This document shows positions 25,987 through 36,739 of a stretch of 64,000 bases of DNA, piece by piece. Made by a program: the position numbers and the translations under genes. How positions within the stretch are numbered: the first letter of the stretch is position 1; each line of letters begins with the position of its first letter. The notes beneath the pieces are model-generated. The model searched no databases. It was given only the letters and a program-made list of their open reading frames with translations, and was not told the origin of the DNA. Source of the DNA: Squalus acanthias (Eukaryota); contig CM059433.1 in the NCBI GenBank assembly GCA_030390025.1, positions 6,884,001 to 6,948,000 on the forward strand, in the 5' to 3' direction.

Positions 25987-27089
25987 GAGGAGGGGACCGA
26001 GTGTAACATATCAAAGTTTGCAGATGATACTAAGATGGGAGGGAAAGTAGTGAGTGAGGAGGACATAAAAAATCTGCAAGGGGACATAGACAGGCTAAGT
26101 AAGTGGGCAGCGATTTGGCAGATGGAATACAATATTGGAAAGTGTGAGGTTATGCACTTTGGCAGGAAAAATAGTAGAGCAAGTTATTATCTAAATGGCA
26201 AGAAACTGGAAAGTACTGCAGTACAAAGGGATCTGGGGGTCCTGGTGCACGAAACTCAAAAGGTTAGTATGCAGGTGCAGCAAGTGATTAAGAAGGCCAA
26301 TGGAATGTTGGCTTTCATTGCTCAGGGGATAGAATATAAAAATAGGGAGGTATTGCTTCAGTTGTACAAGGTATTGGTGAGACCGCACCTGGAATACTGC
26401 ATACAGTTTTGGTGTCCATACTTAAGAAAGGACATACTTGCTCTCGAGTCAGTACAAAGAAGGTTCACTCGGTTAATCCCGGGGATGAGGGGGTGGACAT
26501 ATGAGGAGAGGTTGGGTCGATTGGGACTCTACTCATTGGAGTTCAGAAGAATGAGAGGCGATCTTATTGAAACATATAAGATTGTGAAGGGGTTGGATCG
26601 GGTGGATGCGGGGAGGATGTTCCCGATGATGGGTGAAACTAGAACTAGGGGGCATAGTCTTAGAATAAGGGGCTGCTCTTTCAAAACTGAGATGAGAAGG
26701 AACTATTTCACTCAGAGGGTGGTAGGTCCATGGAATATGCTGCCCCAAAAAGCTGTAGAAGCTACATCATTACATAAATTTAAAACAGAAATAGACAGTT
26801 TCCTAGAAGTAAAGGGAATTAAGGGTTACGGGGAGCGGGCAGGAATTTGGACATGAGTCTAGGCTCGGATCGGTCATGGCCCTGTGGGTAGCGTAGCGGG
26901 CCCAGGGACCGTGTAGCCTGATCCTGATCCTGCTCCTATTTCATGTGTCCAATTCTGTTAGGTTCAGGAGATGGTTCTGTGATAGTAGATTGGCGGTTAG
27001 GATCAGATCAGCCATGATTTTATTGAATGGCGGAGCAGGCTCGAGGGGCCAATTGGCCTACTCCTGCTCCTATTTCTTTCTTATTTCTT
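25987..27089 (+). mobile_element. Young 5'-truncated CR1-C
   Basis: Uninterrupted frame of about 290 aa from SKFADDTK to the ORF2 stop, a double 3' tail, and AATATG duplicated at 25981-25986 and 27090-27095. Confidence 0.93.
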
Positions 27090-28607
27090 AATATGTCCCC
27101 TGCCCAACAAAGAAGGAAGTAGTGTTGAATCTGGTTCTGGGAAATGAAGTAGGACAAGTGGAGTGTGTTACAGTAGGAGATCATCGAGCTAACAGTGACC
27201 ACAACATAATCGGTTTAAAGTAATTATAGAAAGAGACCAGAAAATATCGAAGGTAAAAATGCTAAACTGGGGAAGAGCTAATTTCAGTAAGGACCTAACA
27301 TAGGTGGATTGGAAAAAACAATTGCAGGGTAAAGCAGTAACGGAGCAATGAAGGGCTAGTTCAGGTACAAACTAGGCATATTCCTTTGAAAAGAAAAGGT
27401 AGAGCATCCAAAGCTAATGTGCCCTGGATCACAAAAGAAATAAAAGTTAAGAGACAGAAAAAGGACGCTTATGACAAATGCCAGGAGCAAGATTCAGTTA
27501 ATAAACAGGAAGATTATGGAAAGTACAGGAGGGATTTGAAAAAGTTAATTATGGGAGGCAAAGGGAGGTTCCAAGAAAAGATTAGCAGGCAACATTAAAT
27601 TGAACCCTAAAACTTTTTATAAACATAAGTGTAAGCGGTTTGCTAGGGAAAAAGTTAAACCTATTAAGGACCCAAAGGGAAATCTTCATGTGGAGGCAGA
27701 GGACATGGCAAAAGTATTAAATGAATACTTTACATCTGTCTTCACAAAAGGAAGCGGGTGATGTGAAGGTTACACTAAAAGAGAGGGAAGTTATGGATAG
27801 GATAATAACGGATAGAGAAGACATACTAAAAAAATTAGCATTATTGAAAGTTGGTAAGCCACCTGGTCCAGATGGAATGCATCCTGGGTTGCGGAAAGAA
27901 ACAAAGGTAGAACTAGAAGAGGCATTGGTCACAATCTTTCAATCCTCATTGGATGCAGGAGTAGTGCTGGAGGACTGGAGGGTTGCTAATGTTATACCAT
28001 TATTCAAGAAAGGGGAGAGGGCTAAACCAGGAAACTACAGGCCAGTCAGCCTCACATCTGTGGTGGGAAAGTTATTGGAAACCATTATCAGGGACAAAAT
28101 GGACTTTCACTTGGACAGGCATGGGTTAATCAAGGAGAGCCAGCATGGATTTGTTAAAGGCAAATCGTGTCCGACGAACTGGATTGAATTCTTTGACGAG
28201 GTATCAGAGAAGGTTGATCAAGGTAGTGCAGTAAATGTTGTGTATATATGGACTTTCGGAAGGCATTCAACAAAGTGCCACACCAGAGGCTTATTAAGAA
28301 GATGGAAGCCCATGGAATTAAGGGGAAAGTGGCGGTATCAGTAATGCCAACTCTTGCAATTTAATCGCGAGACACGCGATTTTTAATGAAAATTCTCCCC
28401 AACTCACGATGCCAGTCATAATTATTATTTGGGCTGTATTAATTTTGGTCACTGCCTCGTGATTGGTTGCTGGGGACACGTGGGTTAGGTCAGGGGTTCT
28501 CAATGAGCGAAGTGTTGTGTCGCCCTCTGAGAAGTGGCACGTGCTGCAGGCAGAAGCTGTAGAGGAGCCGAGCTCAGCCATTAAGAGTTGTTGAAAGTTT
28601 TAGCAGG

Positions 28608-28922
28608 ATGTCTGGTCGCGGTAAAACTGGAGAGAAAGGAAAGGACGTGGCAAATCGAAGACCCGTTCATCCAGAGCCGGTCTCCAATTTCATGTCGGCC
28701 GCATTCACCGGCTACTGCCCAAGGGTCACTATGCCGAACGTTGACTGGGCCGGAGCCCGTCTATCTGGTCACTGTTCTCGAGTACCTGACTGCTGAGATC
28801 CTGGAGCTGACGGGCAACGCAGCCCACAATAAGATGACGACCAAGATCGCCTCCAGTCACCTGCAGTTCGCCATCCACACGACAAAGAGCTGAACAATTT
28901 GCTGGGAAGGGTCACCATAGCC
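28608..28922 (+). pseudogene. Histone H2A (H2A.X-like N-terminal half) processed pseudogene, C-terminally truncated
   Basis: Across frameshifts it reads [100 protein letters not shown]. It has several frameshifts and an in-frame stop, an A-rich tail at about 28947-28987, and flanking direct repeats AGTTGTTGAAAG at 28586-28597 and 28988-28999. Confidence 0.93.
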
Positions 28923-29302
28923 TTCACAACAACTTCGTGAGAGAGGGAAGAAAAAAATCAAAACAAATACTCCAAGACAAAATAAAAAGTTGTTGAAAGA
29001 GGCTTCTCGTATCGTACGTAAATAATGCTGCAGACGTTCGCGATCATGTGCTTCGGCGTATCTCCCCTGTCCGAGGTTTTCTTCTGCCTCTTTATTTGAT
29101 TTTGCTACATTTTTGCATTTGATTCATTATCGCCAAGAAAGAGTTATACGGCGACGTATTCTCTCGCCTCTCAGGATCCCACAGCAGACCAGGCAAGAAA
29201 CTTTAACCTCCCCCTCCCCGAGAGAGAAAAAAACACAGCATCCATACAAGATAATGAAACTTGGTGTGAAGTTTGTGCCAAACTTGCTAATAACCTACTG
29301 AC

Positions 29303-29447
29303 CAACATTCCCTCTCTCTCTGCTGGCCCTGCACAGTCCGGGACTGGCCTTTCCAATGTTAAGTTTCGCGCATGGGCTGCCGCCCCTTAAAAGGGCCGCC
29401 ACCCCTTAAAAGGGCCACGCACCCAAAAAGAATTAGGGGGAACATTG
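29303..29447. mobile_element. 145-bp hAT MITE
   Basis: Ends CAACATTCCCTCT and TTAGGGGGAACATTG, with a perfect 8-bp TSD CTACTGAC at 29295-29302 and 29448-29455. Confidence 0.85.
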
Positions 29448-29692
29448 CTACTGACTGTTCCAAAATTCTACATATGCAGTTGAATTGTAGCTATTGCTGC
29501 TATATGGGTTTATATTTTGTTTTTGCTTGTAGCACAAAACGTTCCAATAAATTAATAGCCATTCTAACACCTAATTTCAATCTTTCCTGGTCTGTTGCTG
29601 TTTAATTACACTGGTACATTGAAGAGTGTTGAACACTGGTTTACAGGTTATGTTCTCTCAAAGAAGGAAATTAATTGGCCAGAAGTCAAAAC

Positions 29693-29987
29693 CAACAACA
29701 ACTTGCATTCATATAGCACCTTTAACATAGTAAAGCTTCCCAAAGCGCTTCACAGGAGCGATTATCAAACAAAATTTGACACCGAGCCACATGAGATATT
29801 AGGGCAGGTGACCAAAAGCTCAGTCAAAGAGGTAGGTTTTAAGGAGCATCTTAAAGGAGGAAAGAGAGGTAGAGATGGAGAGGCTTAGGGAGGGAATTCC
29901 AGAGCTTAGGGCCTGGGCAGCTGAAGGCACGGCCGCCAATGGTGGAGGGGGATGCGCAAGAGGCCCAAATTGGAGGATCGTAGAGAT
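29693..29987 (-). mobile_element. L2 3' end (continues at 33473-33505 after CR1-D)
   Basis: L2 tail AACAACAACTTGCATTCATATAGCACC. The sequence resumes as GATCTCGGAGGGTTGTAGGGCTGGAGGAGGTTA on the far side of CR1-D. Confidence 0.88.
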
Positions 29988-32900
29988 AACAAGAAATAGG
30001 AGTAGGAGTAGGCCATACGGCCCCTCGAGCCTGCTCTGCCATTCAATACGATCATGGCTGATCATCGACCTCAACTCCACTTTCCCACCCGATCTCCATA
30101 TCCATTGATTCCAAAATCTGTCTATCTCAGCCTTGAATATACTCAACGACTCAGCATCCACAGCCCTCTGGGGCAGAGAATTCCAAAGATTCACAACCCT
30201 GAGTGAAGAAATTCCTCCTCATCTCAGTCTTAAATGGCCTACCCCTTATCCTGAGACTATGCCCCCTAGTTCCAGACACTCCAGCCAGGGGAAACAACCT
30301 CTCAGCATCTACCCTGTCTATTCCCTTCAGAATCTTGTATGTTTCAATGAGATCACCTCTCATTCTTCTAAACTCCAGAGAGTATAGGCCCATTCTACAC
30401 AATCTCTCATCATAGGACAGCCCTCTATCCCAGGAATCAATCTAGTGAACCTTTGTTGCACCGCCTCCAAGGTAAGTATATCCTTCCTTAGATAAGGAGA
30501 CCAAAACTGTGCACAGTACTCCAGGTGTGGTCTCCCCAAGACCCTGTACAATTGTAGTAAGACTTCCTTACTCTTATACTCCAACCCCCTTGCAATAAAG
30601 GCCAGCATGCATTTTGCATTCCTTATTGCTTGCTGTACCTGCATACTAGCTTTCTGTGTTTCTTGCACGAGGACACCCAAATCTCTCTGAACACCAACAT
30701 TTGAAAGTTTCTCACCATTTAAAAAATATTCTGTTTTTCTATTCTTCCTACCAAAGTGAATAACCCTACATTATACTCCATCTGCCACCTTACTGCCCAC
30801 TCACTTCGTCTATTTCCCTTTGAAGACTCTGTGTTCTCCTCACAGCTTACTGTCCCACCTAGCTTTGTATCGTCAGCAAACTTGGATACATTACACTCAG
30901 TCCTTCATCTAGGTCATTAATATAGATTGTAAATAGCTGAGGCCCCAACACTGATCCTTACTGCACCCTACTAGTTACAGACTGCCAACCTGAAAAAGAC
31001 CAGTTTATCCCTACTCTCTGTTTTCTGTCCGTTAACCAATCCTCTATCCATGCTACTATATTACCCATGAGCCCTAATCTTGTGTAATAACCTTTTATGT
31101 GGCACCTTATCGAATGCCTTTTGGAAATCCAAATATACCACATCCACTGGTTCCCCTTTATCTACCCTGCTAGTTACATCCCCAAAAAACTAATAAATTT
31201 GTCAAACATGATTTCCCTTTCATAAAACCATGTTGACTCTGCCTAATTATGTTATGATTTTCTAAGTGCCCTGATACCACTTCCTTAACAATGGATTCCA
31301 GCATTTTCCTGACGACTGATGCCAGGCTAACTGGCCTGTAGTTCTGTTTTATCTCTCCCTCCTTTCTTGAATAACTGTGCTACATTTGCGACCTTCCAAT
31401 CCGCTGGGACTGTTCTAGAATCTAGGGAATTTTGGAAGATCAAAACCAATGCATCCACTCTCTCTTCAGCCACCTCTTTTAGAACCCTAGGATGCAGGCA
31501 GTCAGATCCAGGGGATTTGTCGGCTTTTAGTCTCATTAGTTTCTCTAGTACTTTTTCTCTACTTATTTTAATTACGTTAAGTTCCTCACCCTCATTAGAC
31601 CCTTGGTTCCCCACCATTTTGGTATGCTTTTTGTGTCTTCAACTGTGAAGACAGATACAAAATATTTGTTTAACGTTTCTGCCATTTCCTTATTCCCCAT
31701 AATAATTTCTCCAGTCTCAACCTTTAAGGGACCAACGTTAACATTTGCTACTCTCTTCCTTTGCTACTCCCTTCCTTTTTACATACTTGTAGAAGCTCTT
31801 GCAATCTGCTTTTATATTTCTTGCTAGTTTTCTCTCATTCTATTTTTTCCCTTTTTATTAATTTTTTGGTCATCCGTTGCTAGTTTCTGAAACTCTCCCA
31901 ATCCTCAGGCTTACTACTATTCTACACAACATTATAAGCTTCTTCTTTCAATCTACTGCTATCCTTAACTTCTTTAGTTAGCCACGGTTGGATCACTTTT
32001 CCCGTGGAGTTTTTGTTTTCAAATGGAATGTATTTTTGTTGAGAATTATGACATATTTCTTTAAATGCTAGCCACTGGCTATCTACTGCCATGCCTTTTA
32101 ATCTATTTTTCCAATCTACCTTAGCCAACTCGCCCCTCAAACCGATGTAATTGGCTTTATTTAAGTTTAAGACTCTAGTTTCGGACTTCGGCAAGTCACT
32201 CTCAAACTTAATGTGAAATTCTATCATATTATGATCACTCTGCCCCAGAGGATCTTTTACTATGAGATTGCTAATTAACCCTGTCTCATTACACAATACA
32301 AGATCTAAAATAGCCTGTTCCCTGGTTGGTTCCATGACGTATTGTTCTAGGAAACTGTCCCGAATGCATTCTATGAACTCGTCCTCCAGACTGCCTTTGC
32401 CAATTTGATTTGTCCAGTCTATAAGATGATTAAAGTCCCCCACGATTATTGCATTACCTTTGTTACAAGCTCCTACTATTTCTTGATTAATATTCTGTCC
32501 AACGGTATAGCTACTGTTAGGGGGCCTATATACTATGCCCACCAGTGTTTCCTGCCCCTTGTTATTCCTCATCTCCACCCATACTGATTCTACTTCCTGA
32601 TCTTCCGAGCCGAGACCCTTTCTCTCTACTGTCCTTATGTCATCCTTTATTATCAGGGCTACTGCCCCTCCTTTTTCATTCTGCCTGTCTTTCGAAACGT
32701 GAAGTACCCTGGTCACCTTGCAACCACATCTCTGTAATGGCTATCAAACCCATTTATCTCTTTGTGCCACAAGTTCGTCTATCTTGTTACGAATGCTTCA
32801 TACATTCAGATAAAGAGCCTTTAATTTAAATTTTTTACCATTATTCCCTGCTTTGACCTTATTCTCTGCTGCACTGCTACTGTTAAACTCTCTGTCCCTT

Positions 32901-33472
32901 CCTGTCACACACTGCTTATTTTTACCCAAATTGCTAAACTGCTCTATTGCCTTGACCTTTCTCGTTACATTTCCAAATTTCCCCTCACCTGACCACCGCC
33001 CCCAACCACCCTTTTTTAGTTTAAAGCCCTAGTTATTCGATTCGCCAGGACGCTGGCCCCAGCCCGGTTTAAGTAGAGCCCGTCCCGATGGAACAGCTCC
33101 CTCTTTCCTCAGTACTGGTGCCAGTACCTCATGCATTGAAACCTCTTTTTCCCCACACCACTTTTTGAGCCACGCATTTAATTCTCTGATCTGCTTGATC
33201 CTATGCCAATTTGTGCTTGGCTCAGGTAGTAATCCAGAGATCATTACCCTTGAGGTTCTGCTTATTAATTTAGACCCTTGCTCCTCAAACTCCCTCAGCA
33301 GAACCTCATTCTTAGTTCTACCTATGTCGTTGGTTCGTACAAGGACCACGACAACTGGATCCACCCCCTCCAAGTTCTTCTCCAGCCACGAGGAGATATC
33401 CTTAACCCTGGCAGGCATCACAGCTTTCGGGACTTTCTTTCGCGGCTGCAGAGAACGGTATCTATCCCCCCT
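29988..33472 (-). mobile_element. CR1-D, near full-length decayed copy (ORF1 esterase, EN, RT, tail)
   Basis: ORF1 SGNH-esterase-like VVVVLVRTNDIG at 33029-33421, EN YRPPNS...GDFN...DLVL...SDH at 31922-32716, RT fragments and the tail. Confidence 0.92.
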
Positions 33473-34994
33473 GATCTCGGAGGGTTGTAGGGCTGGAGGA
33501 GGTTATGCTCCAGAAAGAGTAACAGGTCAAAAGCGAGGCCGGCCTATGAGTGACGCTACAGCGGGGCCACCGATCCACCTACTCCTAGTTCTTAGGTTAT
33601 TATGTCAGTAATCTGTTAGTGACAGCCAAATGCGCTTCCTGTCTGGGAGCAACAGTCAGCGAGGGGTCAGGTCAGGAAAAAAAGATCCACTTATGATTTC
33701 TATAGCAAATCTCCTGGTTTTTTTTTTATATAAAAAAGAGTTTATCTTCTGATTTATGAGACGGTGAGGTTGGCAATATTGTGGTATGGATAGAAAATTG
33801 GCTCAGTGGTAGGAAGCAAAGGGTAGTGGTGGATGGATGTTTTTCAGACTGGGAGGTGGTTTGCAGTGGTGTTCCCCAAGGGTCAGTTTTGGGTCCATTA
33901 CTCTTTGCAATTTTTATAAACGACCTAGACTCAGGTGTAGAGAGCAGCATTATAAAGCTTACAGATGATACGAAACTTGGCGAAGTATAGATCATGCTGA
34001 GGCTAGTTAAAGGCTTCAGGCTGACAGACAGGATGGCAAAATGGGCAGAAGCATGGCAAATGGAGTTCAATGTGGAGAAGTGTGAAGTAATGCACTTTGG
34101 GAGGACCAATATGGAAAGACAGTATGCTGTAAATGGCATGTTTTTGAAAAGTGTAGATGAGCAGAGACACCTTGGTGTCCATATACACAAATCCTTAAAG
34201 GTGGCAGGGAAAATTGATAAGGTGGTCAAAAATGCTTGGGTTACTTGGTTTTATAGATAGAGGGATAGAATATAAAAGCAAAGTGATCATGCTTGAACTT
34301 TATAAATCACTGGTTAAGCCTCAGCTGGAGTATTGTGAACAATTCTGGCACCACATTTCAGGAAAGATATAAAGGCATTAGGTAGGGTACAGAGGAGGTT
34401 TACCAGGATGTTACCAGGGATGAGGGACTTCAGTTATGAAAAGATGTTGGAAAAGTTAGGATTGTTCTCCTTGGAACAGAGAAGGTTAACGAGCTAATAG
34501 AGTTTTTCCAAGATGATGAGAGGTTTTGGTATAGTAAATAGGGAAAAAATATTCCCTCTGGTGAGTGGGTCAATAACTAGAGGTCATAGATTCAAAATTA
34601 TTGGAAAGAGATCTAGAGGGGCGATGAGGAGAATTTTTTCACTCCGTCATCGGGATCTGGAACGCTCTACTTGAAAAGGTGGTGGAAGCCGATTCCATAA
34701 ATTATTTTAAAATAGAGTTGGACAGGTACTTGAGGATGAGCAACGTACAGGGTTAGACAAAAAGCGGGGATGTGGGACTAAGCACGACTGCTCTTTCAAA
34801 GAGCCAGCACAGGCACAATGGGCTGAATGGCAGCGTTCTGTGCTGTAAGTTTCTACGAATCTATTCTATGAATCTATGGATATGGGGAAAGAGTGGGGAA
34901 GTGGGATTAATTGGATTGCTCTTTGAAAGAGTTGGCGCAGACTCAATGGGCCGAATGGCCTCCTTCTGTGCTGTACTATCCTATGATTCTAGTG

Positions 34995-35225
34995 TTGGGT
35001 GAGTGAGGATTGTTGGCCAGCACAGAATGAAAAATCCCTGTTCATCTTCGAATAGGGCCGTGGGATCCTTAACACTCATCTGAGCAGAAAACAGGATCTC
35101 TGTTTAATGTCACGCCTGAAGCACAGCACCTCAGATAATGCAACATATCCTCAATGTGGATTCAGCCTAGGCTGGGGCTTAATTGCACAACCTTCTAGGT
35201 CAGAGGCAAAACTACTGTCAGTGAA
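34995..35225 (-). mobile_element. Degraded DeuSINE-like SINE
   Basis: Similar to the better copy at 62215-63118 (CTTCGAATAG.GCC.TGGGATC, AGCACCTC.GA). Confidence 0.55.
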
Positions 35226-36739
35226 ATAGTTCTTCCTCATGCAAACACAAAACACCTATGGTATTTATTTGATTGTCACAGCAGTAGGTTTAAGCATGAA
35301 AGGTCAAGTTTGTAGAAAGGTTTGCAGGCTGCACCATATTCCCTTTTTGACAGAAGAATAGTGTGGAAGCATAAAGGCAATTTGGAATGGGAAGGAAACA
35401 CTAAATAGAGAGGGGGGAAATAAATAAAGGCAAAAAAAAACAAATACATTTTGGAAAAAATACCAGACAAATTGCTGAAGTGCAACTGAAGTATTAAATA
35501 TAGTTTACAGAATTCAAAACTGATTCAGTGACTCTAAATTCTCAATGCAGACAATTAAAAATGATTGCAATGTAATTTAGATGCATGAATAGCACGATGC
35601 ATTTTAAACATTTCACATGGTTGAGTCTGCAATACTGGATGCAGTGATCACTTGTCCATGTGCATTTACACTTAACAAGTTTCTACATAATAGAACTGAA
35701 GTGATAAAGTGAAGAAACAAGCAACATGAAGATGAAAATACCATCCATTACAGCTAAGTTCAGCAGGGTTAATTGAACTTACTACACAGGGAAATGGCTT
35801 CACTTACGGCACTACAAATGCAAGTTTAAAAATTACAGTATCCCATTATAAACAGAAGTTTCAAAATACATGATCATCAGTGCGTAGAAAAAGGGTTAAC
35901 ATATTCCTTTTTTTTAGTACTGTGGATGATCCAATTGTTGTTGGGTTGTGGGAGGATTGATAGGGGTGTATCTGAGATAATATTGTTGACAATTAGATTT
36001 TTGAAGATAGCTTTTAACTGACCAGACAGCAGTTTTTGTGAAATTGCTTCCACCTACAAAACAAACTGTGCAAACTGGGAGGCAGAAAGAAAAAGGTAAG
36101 TGATTTGAGTTAGAATAGTAAGGCAAAAGGTTAGAATAGGGAGAATATTAATTAGAAAAAAGACACAGAAAAGGGAATAAGGAAGAGAGAAAAGGAAGGG
36201 CAAAAGTACAACAGGGCAAGCAGAGGTAAAGGTTATAAAAATGTTTGTGCAAAATTGTGTTTTAGTACTTAGTTTATATCATTACAGCAGTAAGGTTATT
36301 GCTTAAGTGGCTTTAATACATCAAGTGTTTTTTCCAGTATCATGGAGTACAAACTAAAAATAAACAAACTCCCCAAGACAGAGTTTCTCTGAAGCTGCTG
36401 GTACTCAGAAAGGTTAAACAGAGAGTGTTGATGACATCAATGAGAACACTTGCTTTGAGAAATTTGCTTAGCCAGGCACAGCAAGATCTGAATTAGCATG
36501 CACTGTTGAAAATAAAGAATTCTGAGTTAACCATTGTATCTCTACTAATGTTAACACATTGTTGTGCCATGCAAATCTTTCAAGTTCGTTCCCCGATGAG
36601 GTCATCAGGTCTCTCTGATGAACAAAAATTTAAAAATCAGAAGAAACATACGTAACGTATTCTTAAAGCCTCATGGGATTAGTATATTAATTTTCAACAT
36701 ACTGTGCTACACATTTTTATACATATCTAGAGCATTGTA

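Larger units (their letters stand above)
28339..33781. mobile_element. Non-autonomous TIR DNA transposon (hAT-like termini) containing the H2A retrocopy and further nested elements
   Basis: Left end CAGTAATGCCAAC versus reverse complement of the right end CAATATTGCCAAC (11/13 match). Flanks CGGTAT (28333-28338) and TGGTAT (33782-33787). Removing the element restores the host CR1 RT frame [21 protein letters not shown]. Confidence 0.82.
25522..34877 (+). mobile_element. CR1-B ORF2 (EN-RT-3' tail), interrupted by a young CR1 and the TIR element
   Basis: Collinear ORF2 pieces at 25522-25986, 27096-28338 and 33788-34877, ending in an (ATTCTATG)-like tail. Confidence 0.88.

Noticed and set aside
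28588..28940. Functional histone H2A gene, or a DNA-level duplicate with its own promoter
   Set aside because: It has multiple frameshifts, an in-frame stop and many substitutions at conserved residues. The TSD and A-rich tail indicate retroposition, so the upstream motifs are not native to the histone gene.
28339..29447. Pairing the left TIR at 28339 with the hAT-like end at 29447 as one H2A-carrying element
   Set aside because: The 29447 end belongs to a separate 145-bp MITE with its own CTACTGAC TSD. The true partner end is at 33781, where the host CR1 resumes.
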